A stretch of 62,345 nt of DNA, counting the filler, from Bipalium vagum (Eukaryota), in the NCBI GenBank assembly GCA_037834085.1. It is 3 parts of 3 records of this genome, joined end to end, with 100 filler letters (N's around TTAATTAATTAA, not from the genome) between each part and the next. Parts side by side here need not be neighbours in the genome. Positions count along the whole stretch, not along the records: positions 1 to 23,813 come from JBBMKC010206155.1; 2 more parts are not named here. One strand, written 5' to 3'. Both the position numbers and the translations under genes were made by a program. Position 1 is the first letter of the stretch, and each line of letters opens with the position of its first letter. This document shows positions 1 through 14,035 of the stretch, piece after piece. The notes under the pieces were generated by a model. It made no database searches and was not told where the DNA came from. It saw only the letters and a list, made by a program, of their open reading frames with translations.

Positions 1-3000
1 GATTTAAAGTCATGCCTTCATTAAATTAATTGAAAAATATGATTGACCTTATCATTTCTTTACGCGCTATAGTAATAATATTATTCTTAATTTAATCAAA
101 ATTAATTTTATTATTATTAAAATATCCAATAATTTATGAAATGACACATAAAATTTCACTTTGATATATTCCGTCAAATAATCAATAGCACCGCGAAACA
201 TTAAACATAACCACCTAACTTTTATGTTAGGACCTGATGGTGTTAAAAATGATTAATTGACTGTCGAAGATAAGAATTTGAAATAAAAACAAAAAGTATG
301 TCGATCACAAATCTATTGGAAATTGAAGAGTCAATTTTTTTTATATGGGTAAAATTTGGAATTTCGTTTTGTCAAATTATTGATCGAAAATAGAGAAATT
401 TATAAATCAACTGATTTACTTTCGTTGTTTAAATTCCAAAATATTGATCAAAATTTTTTAAATCAGTAACTGCTCTGAATTAGGATTATTTGTTGAAAAC
501 AAATATAAATATATTATTTGAAAAGAATTTTGAAAGTTAAAAACGTGTTTCCCTTAAACAAATATTCGGTACTTTGAATTGTGTTAATATATTATTGAAA
601 AATAAAACTGTTACGATTTTAATCACAAATGACAACCAGCTAATTTGGATACATTAAAAAACCATTAAAATAACATTTAAGATTTTCAATGTGATTTTTA
701 TTAAGCTTAATAACAATCGCAAATCAGACGAAGATCAATAAATTGAAATCTATTAGTTAAAAGAAATCAATTATTTCAAATGTCAAAAATATAGAAATAG
801 AAAAAAAGAATAAATTTCGGAAATATAAAATATCGCCTGAATCCTTTTGATAATTTTTTAATTTAATTTACTTTTAATTTTAATTATTTTTCAAAATTTT
901 TTAAGTTAAAGATTTTTGATTGGATCAAAAATATTCGACATTCTGAATACTTCAAACTGATTAATCGATTTCGCTTAATTACTGATTTTTAAAAATGGAA
1001 TTAATGAATATTATTGAATTTTTTAAATTAAATTTTTTTATTAAAAGTTTTGTAATTATATTATCTAATTAATAATAAAAATTATTATTATCATTATTAT
1101 TATTGTTATTTTTTTATTATTATTGTTATCATTAATTAGGAATTACATCAGTTATTATATATATTTATTAATGTCATTATGTGAATTATTTCTTAATTTT
1201 ATTAATATTATAATTATATAAAAATTAGTAGTTTAATTATCATTAAATGCTTAAAATTTGTAATAAAAATTTTTTTTTTATATTAACTATATAATTATTT
1301 GTACATGTATTGTAAATTAGTGCTTAATCACTTTATATTAATTTGTTTTATTATTTTTTATTCTTTATTGTTTTTGCATAATATTTCTTTACTATAAACG
1401 AAATAATGAAAATTTATTGATTTGGATGAAATGATAATTAATTTTGTTAAATTTCTCTATTACTTCTTTATTTTTGAAGAAATTTTAATCTTTCCTAATT
1501 AAATTTCGTTACTCTTTCTGACATTTGACTCTGAATTATTTCTTTTCGTTCATCAAACTAAAAAATCAATAGAAAAACTAAAGTGATTTTTGTATGTTTT
1601 TAAAAAAAATTATCCACGGAAAACCGAATCATTAATTTCAATATCACTTTAAATATTTCAAAAAATTCTGATATTAGAATAGAAAATTATTATAAAATAT
1701 AAAATCAATTTGAAAAATAAGAATTGCACGTTTTTGTTTTAATATTTAAGAAATTTTATAACTTCTGAATATTTGATTCGGTATTAATTTAAATATTGAA
1801 GTTAAGAGTGCAAAATTTTGACCTGGATGACACGGTGGTAATTGCAACATGTGACGATCAATTCTTGTCACGATCAATGAAGGATAATGAATGAATGTGA
1901 ACGCACAAAGAAAGGTTTGACAATTAAAATGTGATTTGTAGAAAAAACGTTGGAATTTCAAAAATGAAATTTCAAAAAAAATATTCATTCTAAAGATTTT
2001 TTTTTATTTTATTTCTGAAAATCGTAATTAAATGAAACTTTAATTTACTCAATATCAATCAATTGTTAAGATAATCAACAATCGATTTAATTCATTAATT
2101 TTGGTTACCCTTTTTCGAATTTTTAAAATATTTTATCAATAATTTTTTAAAAACTTTCCATTATAAATTATTTATTATAAACATTAATAGTTTTCTAATA
2201 AAAAATTAGAATTTCCTTACAATTATTTTATTCTTATTTCCTTTATACGACATGATCACATAAATACGCCTACAGTGGTGTCAGTGTTGTGAAATGTAAA
2301 GAAATTATAAAAATCTAAAAAATTCCTTTTTTTAATTATTTTAGTCAATAATATTATATTTAAAAAATTATTATTATTATCAGCCAATCATAACAATGTA
2401 AAAGACAGAAAAAAAATTTTAATACTATTTGGCCGGTCGCCAAAAAACAAAGAATAGAATTTTCAGTTTATGAAAAGAGCTAAATTAGAGCTAATTTAGT
2501 TTAATTTTTCCTTTCCTTTAATTTTTAATTATTTTTTAAAATGTTGAAATTATGTCGAATAAATTTTTTTTGAGTGATAATAATATTATTATTATTATTG
2601 AGTGATAATATTATTATTATTATTGAGTGGTAATATTATTATCCTTATTATTATTATCATTATCATTATTATTAATGATATATATTATATTAATGGTACT
2701 ATTAAAATCATAAAATTAAAAAATTAATTTTTTTTAACTATATTTCTCTTAATTGCTATTATTATTAAATATTTATTTTACTTGTATTAATAATTTTTAT
2801 TTATTTTGCTAATTTAAATTATTTCTAATATTTCATTATAATTATGATTTATAATTATTTATTATTAAAATTATTTTTTTTAATTATCATTATTTGTTTA
2901 GACTTAATATTTTCTTATTTTAAATAATAAAAATGTCATTTCCAATCATTATCGTTATTTTTTATTTTTACTATTATTATTAAGATTAAGATTATCATAA

Positions 3001-3173
3001 TTATTTTTATTGTTTATATTTTTACTAAAAACATTATTAAATATTATTTTATTTTTAAAATATTTTCTTACTATTCTTTTATTGTGAACATTTAATATTT
3101 TTTATTACTCTCTCTATTTTTATAATTTAAGAATAACAATATTTTGACAAATAAATCAATATCAAAACATATG

Positions 3174-4499
3174 CTAATATTTACTTTTTTTGTTGAGTTG
3201 ATCCCCAAAAATCTCATTTTCCATCTGATCCAGTCGCTCGCTATCAATGAATGGAATTTTCACAACCGCGTCGGGAATAATTTTCACCAAATTGTCTTTG
3301 ACAATTGCTTTTTGATTGTTCCAGAACGAAGTTCGTTCTTTGATTCGTGTCTTTTTAAATCTGGATGAGTTGCTGGCGTTGTTGAAAAGAGATACGTGCT
3401 CTGGAACATCATTTGTGTTGCGAGACATGACAGACACTTGAACGACATTCGAGAAGATCGATGACAATTTTTGCAATTCCTCAATCATCTCGTCACCGCG
3501 CACAGTGTTGAGTTGATCGTCGTCGGAGCTGTTGTATTCGCCAGATTCGAAAAAAATGTTCCTATTCGAAGATTGCAAAGATTGAAATTTAGCCGGACAT
3601 ATTTCTTCGATTTCATCGTCCCCGGTTTCTGTATCGTCTTCGAAAGTCATAAAATCTTCTTTGGAATCATGGGAAAAGAATCCATTGGATCCCAAACCGC
3701 AGATGTTGCCACTATCCAAATTCTGATAGTGATTATTTAAATTGATCCCATCTGAAGATGGAGCGACGTTCTTAAAATCGTGATAATCAAAATTGTCTAT
3801 TGGTCTCTCGTGATTGGCTCCCACTCCACATGGGACTGTTGATGCGATTGTGGAGGTCGATGGCGGCGGCATCATTGTTGACGGCAAATAATACGGATAG
3901 TCTCCATTCATTTCCAAAGACGCGCTCATCATCGGCATCACTTGCGGAACGAGCATTACATTTTTCAAACAATCGCTTTGCGGATCGTAAATGACGTATG
4001 AATGCATATAGGAATTTGTGGAACAGTCGCCATAGTAGTAGGGAATGTTGGGACAAATGAATTCATTGAATCTTTGATTGAACTGGTTGTTTGAAATTTC
4101 AGCGGCTGACGTGGATGTGCAATGGGTGTGAGTCGATATATTGTGAGAATTGTTCGAACAAGACGTAGACGAGGAACAAGATGTAGAGGAACAGGTAGAA
4201 GAAGCAGAAGGAAAAGAATTGTGATGGAATAAAAAGTTCTTGGCTTCCAAGAAATCGTGATTACGTGAAGAGTCTTTAGATGAGTCATTAGATACCAACG
4301 GAGTGGAAATAAATCTTGGGTATGAGGTAGGATTACTGAAGTTATGCCGAGCGTCCAGAGCACCAGTATGTGATATATTGATCATGTTCCTAATAGAAGA
4401 ATTACACTGATTGGAGATGATTACATGGTTTTCCGAGAAAACGTTGGGAATGGCAGCATAGTCACTTTTCTTGGCACCGTTAACAAATTGTTGGTGGAC
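3174..4499 (-). CDS. Terminal coding exon of an uncharacterised low-complexity protein (Ser/Asn/Tyr/Pro/Met-rich, acidic tract, basic C-terminus)
   Basis: 442-codon open frame, much richer in GC than its flanks; the frame extends 38 codons upstream of the ORF-track Met to the acceptor ttcttaAG|GTCCAC. Confidence 0.85.
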   Translation of the reverse strand, partial: VHQQFVNGAKKSDYAAIPNVFSENHVIISNQCNSSIRNMINISHTGALDARHNFSNPTSYPRFISTPLVSNDSSKDSSRNHDFLEAKNFLFHHNSFPSASSTCSSTSCSSSTSCSNNSHNISTHTHCTSTSAAEISNNQFNQRFNEFICPNIPYYYGDCSTNSYMHSYVIYDPQSDCLKNVMLVPQVMPMMSASLEMNGDYPYYLPSTMMPPPSTSTIASTVPCGVGANHERPIDNFDYHDFKNVAPSSDGINLNNHYQNLDSGNICGLGSNGFFSHDSKEDFMTFEDDTETGDDEIEEICPAKFQSLQSSNRNIFFESGEYNSSDDDQLNTVRGDEMIEELQKLSSIFSNVVQVSVMSRNTNDVPEHVSLFNNASNSSRFKKTRIKERTSFWNNQKAIVKDNLVKIIPDAVVKIPFIDSERLDQMENEIFGDQLNKKSKY

Positions 4500-4884
4500 C
4501 TTAAGAAAACTTTCTCAACGCACACACACACACATAAACAGACAAACACAATTCTAATTATGTAAACAGCTTTGAAAGGCCATTATAATTAATCAAAGGT
4601 TATGAGGTTTTTCTTTGTTCAAATAAGTTTATAAAAGTTAACAGCAAAATAAAGTTTGTTAAGAGAATCTAAATGGCACAACATAAATTACCTGGGTATG
4701 TAACATAAATCAAAGCTGAAATTAAATCAAAGAAGACCAGTTTAAGGTTTAAGAATAATTTTATATCGTTTATTATTATTAAATATTATTATAAAATTAT
4801 TTTTTTATCATTGAATATGAATCTTTTTTACTATTATTTATTACTATTATTTATTACTATTATTATTTAATATTATTATTGTTA

Positions 4885-5711
4885 GTAAGTAATTTCCGGT
4901 GCATTTCTTCCAGTTCTGTACAGTTTTGGTCGGCTGCTATGGTCTCACCTGGATCTAGAGATGGAAAATGTATTACTCCACCCATAGACCACCAAACAGT
5001 GATCATTATTTTCTTTTGGTGCAAATCGGGCTTCGGCATGTGACGAGGAAGTTGAACGACATTTAACCATTGAGCTGAGCGTCGTTGATTATTATATAGT
5101 ATCCATTTTTCATCACAAGTGACAATACGATGCAAAATGGGCACATATCATTGCGGATCAGCAGGGAATTGCAATCTCCATACTTTGAAATTTTTGGAAA
5201 TTGTTCAACGAATGTGGGACTCATTTTTAGAGCTTTTTAACTTTTCTTATTGATTTCAAATGACGAGAAATGTTCATTGATGATACGCCAAATTTTCTTC
5301 AATCTTTGCCTGCAGATCACCATCATCAACAGTGGTGATTGGCATTCCACGATCTTCTCGACTATAATCATTGGAATTGAATTTTTTGTACCAACGTCTA
5401 ATGGTTATTTTTGTTTATAGCATGCAATCCAAATGCCGAATTTATGTTCCTGACAGCTTCAAATATCTTGTGGTCCAATTTCCATTCATAAAAATAAATG
5501 ATTCTTAATTCCGTCGGTGTTATGTTATTCATATTGATCGCTAAATATTTTTAAATATATTTTATTATTTAAACAAGTGATATTATAATATAAAGCAATT
5601 TCTAACCTTTAAATCGATATATCAAACTTTAATTTTCATCAATTATTACTGAAAATATGTTGCTTAGAAAAATTAGTTTTAAGTAGGAACATCTCATATG
5701 TTACAACCTAA
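4885..5711 (-). mobile_element. Truncated mariner element (5' half)
   Basis: One TIR (TA-TTAGGTTGTAACATATGAG... on the minus strand), degenerate VPH motif, IVTCDEKW, KKIMITVWW; frameshifted, with the 3' part replaced by (AAT)n. Confidence 0.85.
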
Positions 5712-6058
5712 TATTATTATTTAATATTACTATTATCGAATATTAAATATTACTATTGAATAATTTAACATAAACATTATTATTGAAAATTATCATCAAT
5801 CGATGTGATAAAAATGAGTTTTTCTTTATACATTGATTTTTACTCAATATGTTTTTTATTTGATAAATATTTTGATTTTTGATTTTTATTCTAAAATAAT
5901 TTTGCGGTATGGTTAATCAATAAAAATCAAAAATATTTTTTCACGAAATATTTCTTTTTAAATTGAAATTAACTTTATTTATTAAAAATATGTTATTTAA
6001 AATAGTTCAAAATATAGGACCAATCCATAAATTCTTGTATTGGGAAATGTTTATAATA

Positions 6059-7337
6059 TCAGGTAAAAAACTAGTTTTTTCGTTTTTTAATTAAAAACTA
6101 AACCAAGACTGAAGTTAAATTTATTTTATTAATCATAAAACATTTTTAAACAATTAATCATCCAGATATTCCCATCTTTTTCTAACTTTTTTTATATTAC
6201 TGCCTCCCATCTATTACAAGTTTATTGATCCCAGTATAACAGAAATCTCGATCTTTTGAATGAAAGAAATAAAGTACTTCATTCTTTATACCTTCGGAAC
6301 CCTTAAAATGTTTACCCGTCAAATGATTATATAATACCTGGAACAAATAAAAATCGGATGGGGCGATATCTGGACTATATGGCAGATGTTCCATTAGAAT
6401 CCACTTCAATTCCTGAATAACCTTCAATGTCTTCATTGATTTGTGAGGCTTGGTATTATCTTGGTGGAAAATCACTTGTTTTCAGCTTCTCAAACTGCTC
6501 TGGTTTTCCTTCATAATAGCTTGAACTCTTAGCGTACCACAATAGACATTAGAATTAATGGTTTCCGCGAATTTGAGAAACTACTGATAAATAATTCCAC
6601 GAGAATCCCAACAAATGCATAAAAGAACCTTGTTTCGTGTAAGGTTGCGTTTTTCAATTTTTGTGGAGGCTCTCCTTTTAACGACCACGATCTTCGCCTG
6701 GTTATGTTGTCATGATAGATCCACTTTTCATGGCAAGTGACTTTCCGGTCGAGAAAAGGATCATTTCGGTTTCTTTCGTGAAGTCTTTAACAAATTTCAA
6801 TGCGATCCAACTTGATTTTTTCAACTAGTTGGTAGGGAACCCATTTGTCGAGTTTACAAGTGAATCCTAATGCTTTCAGTCATTTTCTTATGGCTGTTTC
6901 GTTTATATTTAACTCAGAAGAGATTTGTTTAGCACTAATTGATCTATTTTGGTCAAGAAAGTCCATAGTTTGATAGTACTCCAATTCTTTTGGCCTTCCA
7001 GACCTCTCTTTCTCTTCCAATGAAAAATCGCCACTAATGTATTTTTTTAAACTAATTTTGCATTGCTCCTTCACCAAGCACCTCGTTAAGTTTTGAGACA
7101 GTTTCGTTTGTGCTTGGGTGTTTTTTCCATTCGTAATAAATAATTGCTCGAATTTTTGATTTGTCCAGCGAACTTTTGGAGCACCTATTCTAGAGGATAA
7201 TGGTTAATAACATTAATTATATAGTAAATTTGAACAAACTAAAACGAAGAAATTTTAAATCGGTAGATAAATGAGAATCTCAGGGGCTAACAAATTTAAA
7301 CAACTGAAAATACGAAAAAACTTAGTTCGTTACCTGA
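6059..7337 (-). mobile_element. Full-length but decayed mariner element, 1279 bp
   Basis: TIRs TCAGGTAA...TTTTTTCGT at both ends with TA target duplications; RSGRP, WVPY, TCHEKW (first catalytic D changed to H), HQDN and YSPDIAPSDF motifs. Confidence 0.92.
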
Positions 7338-7479
7338 TAATATAAATAGTTTAAATATAAAAATCCATATGCTTTAATCAATGATTTATTTTCCATCTCT
7401 TTTTTTTACAATATTTGTCATCTTATAAGAATTTTTTATTATCATACCTATAAAAGAATATCGAGATATAAAATATATA

Positions 7480-8105
7480 AGGTTATCGAGAAATAAACCA
7501 GGAAACCTTAGATTTAAAAAATCTGTCCAAGAGAATGAAATAAATCCAGGTTTTCTTGACATGCTTTCTTTCGCTTTTGTTGCATCTCCACTGTCAAAAA
7601 TCGTGGGACAAATCTGTTACATAATTTTCTGACTCCAATACTCTCTAGAATGTTCTGCACAGTCTTCTTGCTTAAATTAAGTTTAGTCAAAAGTTCTCTA
7701 TGTGTAATTTGTCTCTCTTCTTTGACGATTATCTTTAATTTTTATAATTTTCGTCCCCCAGTTTTTATAGTTCGTCCATCTTTTTATTCGTCACACACAT
7801 TGTTCCTGCCACAGGAAAACTCTCTGATCCAATTGTATACACTTCCTTTGCTTGGTGCTTTATTTCCTTATGTTTTCTCCAGTTGAAAAATAATTTCCTT
7901 CTTTTCTGTCTTCCTCAAAAGCAAAAATCGTATGACGCTTCAGAATTCCATTTCATGACATATTGTCGTACCTAATGTCAACAACATCTTACCACTTAAA
8001 ACAAATATCATAATATTTACCTATTCTATTAATTAATTTTTAAAATTTCATAAAATTCTTAATTATATTTGTTTACGAGTCTAAGTACTTTTTATCCACA
8101 CCAAG
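7480..8105 (-). mobile_element. Degenerate mariner remnant
   Basis: TIR-like TA-CTTGGTGTGGATAAAAAGTAC; decayed N-terminus (MEF*SVIRFL) and VPR motif. Confidence 0.55.
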
Positions 8106-8109
8106 TATT

Positions 8110-8640
8110 AATAGCCCATTTCGGTTAGTATAAAATCTTAACCATAATTAACAGATCAGTATCCAAAAGAGATTCGAGAGCGTTATTCACAATTTGACAA
8201 GGTTGATGACGCAAAACTGCTTTTTCCATCTTTAAATCTTTTGAATCATTTCTGTACCCTCTTATACCGACAACATTATTTTAATGTAGGAGTTCCAGTA
8301 ATATATTCTCCAAAAAGAAATACATATAATGGTTTCTGAATTCAGTGAAAATTTTCATTCAAAAAGGATATTTATTTTCCGATGCTTATAAAATGTAGTG
8401 ATAATCTTACCACGAGATTGTGGATTACAATTTTGATAGAATCATTTTACTAAGTTTATTTTCTTACGTTTACTGTTGAGACAAAACAATAATTTATTAA
8501 AAGCTGACAATTTCCAAAAAGAATAGATATTTTGGGTTCAATTAAATATTGACTGCTTGAATTGACAGCTTATATGAACCTTATTTAAACTAAATGGTGA
8601 AAAGTGAAGTCCAGGATTAATGAAACTTTTTAAGAGTAAA
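8110..8640 (-). mobile_element. Degenerate mariner N-terminal remnant
   Basis: Minus-strand RVQK*FKRFKDGK, the mariner HTH W-F-x-R-F-x-x-G pattern. Confidence 0.45.
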
Positions 8641-10038
8641 TATCTAGATACACCCAATCTATAAATTCAAACTAATTGTGCATATTGAATCATCATTGTT
8701 CTCAAACCGAAAGGTTTAGAAATTTCTTATCCCAATATTCTTTACATCCACAAAGGACGATTTTTACTATTTCCCTCAACTTTTATTTTATACATTATTT
8801 TTGTTATCACAATTTATATTACTGCTTCCGAACATGGCTATTAATAATATTGATCCAGTCTAAACTGCTATTTCTATAATTTAATTGAAAATCTAAGTTG
8901 CAAAATTTCCTTTGATAGTATCAGTAGGCACAGTTATCTGAAAAATATTAGTTCACATTGATTCAAATCTAAACACGCTTGTAACTCACCGACCTTAAAG
9001 AAGTAAACTCAAAATGCAACACTCAACCTTATAGAAAGCTACATTAACCAGAAACCGATATATAATTGGTATAATCGGATAATAAAATAATAATAATATA
9101 AGTTACGAAAACTTATTTTATTCTAAATCGAAATGTTTTTTTAACGAACAATCGACAACGAATTTAAAAACTAAAACTAGTATCCACTATTTTCAGAAAA
9201 AATAAGACTATACTATAAAATTGTTAGTGTAAATTTATAGAGATAGTTAAAATTATATAAAGAAAAAACAAGATTTCTTTAATATTTTTACTAAGTTTTT
9301 ATGGAAACTTGAAAATATAAATTGCTTTATATCACATTGTTGAGTAGAAAAAAGATTGGGACATTTTTACTGTTAAATAAAATCTAATATCAAACGTTCT
9401 TTAATTTAATGCACATGGCAAACTCCAATCACTAACAAAGTGTATTATGATTTTTCAATAAATCTGAATTAACTTTTAAATTTATTTATTAAAATATCCA
9501 TTTATTTATTTATTTAAAATTTAATTTAAACATTTAAAATAATCAATAAACAAAGATAAAACATTAATTAATTAGTTTATTTGTTAGTTAACGAAACCAA
9601 TAAAATTAAACTGGGAAATTGGTATATAAACACACCGCTAAACAGAATAAAATTACCGAATAATTCTGTTGAGCTTAAGTGGAATAGGTGATATTTGTAA
9701 TTCGTAAAAGGGAGTTATTATTGGTGTTATTTTTGTGTACGCGACTGGATTGGTATATTGTGCAAGAATACGACTATATAAAGAAAGGTTGTTCAGAACT
9801 TAATCGTTCCAATGTGATAAATAAGTACTTTGTGTTTGGTAATATAGTTAAGCAAGTAATTTTTAGTTTTACAATTATACGTGTAATGAAAACTTATTGC
9901 CTTAAGAGATGTGGTTGAGTTTCGAGCCATTTTAGTTGTCTATTCAGTGATAGTGAGCTATTTTGATAAATTATAGATATAACCCTAATTAAAATTGATA
10001 TTAGTCATCTGGGTCTTAATAATTTTCTCTTTTATATA

Positions 10039-11314
10039 CACCCTCCATTCCAAAAATAACCGAACTTTAAAAAAGGTAACCAATATTTATTTTTAAAAAA
10101 TAAATTTTTATTAATCAATTTAATCGCCTTCTGCATCAATACACACATTTTCACGCACTAACAAGTTGTCAAAAGACTTCTCTATGTCCTTTTTGGTAAT
10201 GATCTTTAGGACATCAGTCACCGTACTATTGATGGCCTCAACCGACTCGTGAAGCTTTCCTTTGATCGTCAAATGAAGCTTTGGGAGCAGATAGTAGTCG
10301 CACGGAGCGAGATCAGGTGAATAGGGTGAATTTTGCATAGGAATAATCTGATTTTTGACCAAAAATTCAGTCACAACTCTTGACCTATGTGAAGGTGCAT
10401 TATCGTGAAAAAAATCAAACTGTCGTTTTCTCGATATTCTGGCCACACAAGGCGAATTCTTGCCAGCAATCGTTTTATGACATCTAAGTAAGTCTCCTGT
10501 GATTGTTTGGCCGGGTGGAACAAACTCTTTGTGGATAATTCCTTTGGAATCGTAAAAGCAAATCAGCATAACCTTCACTTTTGATTTATCCAAACGAGAT
10601 TTTTTCGGTTTTCCCTTATCCAGCGATCTTCATTCAGCACTCTGCCGCTTTGTTTCTGGTTCATACCTAAAACGCCACGTCTCGTCACCGGTATCAATCG
10701 TTTTCAAGAAGTTTGGGTCCTTCCGAGCACTTTTAATGATGTCTTTGCTATGATCAATTCGAGCCATTCTTTGGTCTTCGGTGAGTTTGTATGGAACAAA
10801 CCGCGAATTAACCTTACGAGAACAAAATATCTCGGTCAAAATGCGGTATACAGTTGTTTGAAGAATGCCTAATTCAATTTCAATCAATTTCACCGATGAT
10901 TTTTTAATATTTTTGATAAACTCACGCATTTTTTCAATGTTCTCTTCCGATAATTCAGTTTTTGGACGGCCTGATCTTTCGTCGTCATTCATGGTTTCCC
11001 TACTCGATTCGAATCACTTGAACCACTCGTATACTTGCGTACGACATAGACATCCATCACCATATGCAGATTGTAGCATTTGATGTATTTACACAGAAGT
11101 CAATTGCAGCTCTTTGTTTGAAATTCATTTTCGAGAATTATTAAACAGGCTAACAAAAACGTAGCAATTACTCACGTTGCTTATATCCTAATGTCATGAA
11201 ATTTGTATCTGTTGTCAATGAATGACCACGTTATCTAGGGGTATATTGTTAAAATAAATGGCTCTTGTAGTACTATTTTTTTAAAAAGTTCGGTTATTTT
11301 TGAAATGAAGAGTG
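10039..11314 (-). mobile_element. Full-length mariner element, 1276 bp, transposase frameshifted
   Basis: About 30-bp TIRs CAC(C/T)CT(C/T)CATT(C/T)CAAAAATAACCGAACTTT with TA duplications; RSGRP, FVPYKL, TGDETW, HDNAPSH and YSPDLAPCDY motifs. Confidence 0.95.
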
Positions 11315-12022
11315 TAGCTTCGATTTTTTAACATTTTTTAATATAAATAGATTTTAATTGTTTAACCTCTTTCTTCTTCATTTTCTTTTCACTTTTTTCG
11401 TGTATATTTTGAGAATGAATGAAGTTGCTTTGAACCAACATTTGGCGTACTAATTGAATTGGTCAAGTTAAACTGACCGAAATCGACAAAAATTTATGTG
11501 AATGATATAATGGAAATTATGATAATGATTTTCTTCATGTTAATGTAAATTTAGTGTAACATTTTTTCATTTTAATTTCTAACTCATTGATCAGTCAATT
11601 ATTTTGATGAAAATAAAATTAATCTTTTGTTCTACATCTTATTAATTTCAAAATTGTATTCACTTTTTGAATCTGTGCCTTCCCCATTTTGAAATTTTAG
11701 TCAATATGAATATTGAAGAAATTTGAAAATTTATATGATCCGTCTTCTATTCGAAAATAAGGTGACACAAATAAAGCAGTAGATTAGTGGAAATGGTAGA
11801 GAAGCGGCCAACAGCAACAGTCTGAAACTTGGTTGGATAACTTTTTTGAATACCAGATTTGCAGACATCTGTGGCCGTGACATTGATAAGGTTGTGCAAT
11901 TGTCATAAAAACTAATTATTGATTAATTGAATAATTCTTTTTATACAAAAAAAAATTCCAAAGTTTTTGAATTTTCCTAATATATCATTAAAAAACGAAC
12001 GAAATTAATCAACAACCCAATA

Positions 12023-14035
12023 CAGTATAAATCGTCTAATCCGGATAAAAATTTTCGGTCCCAGAATAATTGACCATTAAACTCCTATAAATTATATTGC
12101 CTAATCCGGTTTCTCGTAATCCGGAATTCGTCAATACCGGATAAAATTTTTATCCTATTTACAAAAAAAATTTCCTATTCCGGATTTTCTATTTAATTTA
12201 AGACAAATATGTTTTGTTTAAATATTCTAAAATAGTTTTAAAATTTAAATTAAAAGTAATTTAATACGCTGATTATAAAATTTTAAATTATTATTTAAAA
12301 TGACAATAAAGCGATTAAGATGTGAAATTAATTTAGAGAAAAAATTTTAAATAATTTGCTTTTCAGAGCAAAACAAGAGTCTTAAAAATATCGATATTGC
12401 TAAGTAATTTAATATTAAGCCACAAGCGTTATGTGACATTTTAAAAAAAAATCAAAAATTAAAGAAATGTTCAAAAATGACTTAATAACCGGTAATTTAA
12501 AAAGAATTAAAATTACAAAATATGAACAAACTGCCAAATCCCTATTACAATGGTTTACTGGAATGCGAGTAAATCAGACAGAAAGTAACTAATTATGTAA
12601 GGCTGTTAGGTGAGTTAGACACAAAAGAAATACACATGAATTGGATAAGCAGATTCAAGAAGCAGCACAACATATCTTTTAAAAAGATTAATTGTGAAAA
12701 TGCGTCTTTATCAAATGAATCAGTTCGACAATGGAAGCACATTCTTGTCAAAGATATCATGACAAAATATTCATCAGACACCAGGTACAACTCACGCTTT
12801 CAAGAGTGAAAAGGTTCATGGTCGTAAAAATCCAAAAGAGCGTATTACCATTCTTGATTGTGTAGTATGTCAGGTAAAAAAAATTTAAGACCATGTTGTT
12901 TCAAGCATATCACTCAGCTTCCATTACCTACCGTGCAATTAAAAAGACATGGATGACTTGTGAAATCTTTACGGAATTTCTCTACTCTTTGGATAATGAG
13001 GTGAAATTTAAAAACCGAAGTGGCTTTGATTTTGGATAGGTCCACAACGCACCCAACAGTTTCTGGACTTACAAATGTTGAACTCTTCTTTTTAATACCA
13101 AACACTAGGTGAAATATTCAACCTCTTGATGCAGGTATAATTAATGTAAGGAAACAAAATTATCGAAAGCGAATTGTAAGGATTAAATTTTAATTAATAT
13201 TAAATAATAAATCATAAAGATTTTTAAAATAATTTTTAAAGTAATATAATAATAATAATAAATTTAATCCTTAATGTTTTTTAAATAATTTTAATAAATT
13301 TAAATCGTTTTTAAAAAATTGAATAATATAATTAATTTTAATAAAAGTTTTAAATAATTAATTTGTTTAATAAAGGATGAAAAGAAGGCACTTATTAAAT
13401 CTACACAATTAGATTATTCAAATAAAAATGTTAAAAAATCTTGACTTTTTGAATTCCGAAACTGTCGATAACGTGGCAGTAACTAACAAGAATAATTAAT
13501 TAAATGCTGGCATGTTATTTAAACAATACACGTTTTTTATTCAACTTACACTATTTTTATTCAATAAACACTATTAAGCAAGCTTGGGATGATGTTTCTG
13601 AACAGACAATAATTAATTGTTTTGTAACATGTGAATTTTTATGTGCCCATTGATTCATTAACCACTGTAATCAAAAGAGACGATAATATATTTTATCGAT
13701 TACGATCATTTTTACCAATACCAGTTGGCGTCACTTTTGAAAAGTATATTCGAATTCATGAATATACGCCTGGTTATTACAAACAGAAAACAATGATACC
13801 AAATATTCTTGAAAATCCAGAAGTTGATAATAATCTAGATGATTCTGAAGAGGTTCCTGTTCCTTCATTCAATGATGTTACTCAAGCACTGAAAACGGTG
13901 CATTTATTCCTTCAAACTAATGAGGGATTTAGTACAAGCTATGTAGATGCAATAGAGAATCTACAAAGTCAATATGGAAATGATTCAAGTTTTGAAATAA
14001 ACACAAATAACGGATTTTTTCAAATTGAATAAATA
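12023..14035 (+). mobile_element. Decayed pogo/Tigger (CENP-B-like DDE_1) transposon
   Basis: TA-CAGTA terminus with several subterminal TCCGG motifs; remnants LLQWF, WISRFKKQHNI, KERITIL, QPLDAGII, KQAWDDVSEQTIINCF; right TIR not identified. Confidence 0.85.

Noticed and set aside
3144-4363. Overlapping short ORFs on both strands (3144-3368, 3284-3484, 3471-3740, 3787-4056, 3800-3994, 3965-4363)
   Set aside because: Shadow frames of the GC-richer 442-codon exon, with no independent motifs.
13631-14032. 133-aa ORF as a host or domesticated gene
   Set aside because: It is the acidic C-terminal tail of the decayed pogo transposase, whose DDE region is broken by stops and frameshifts.
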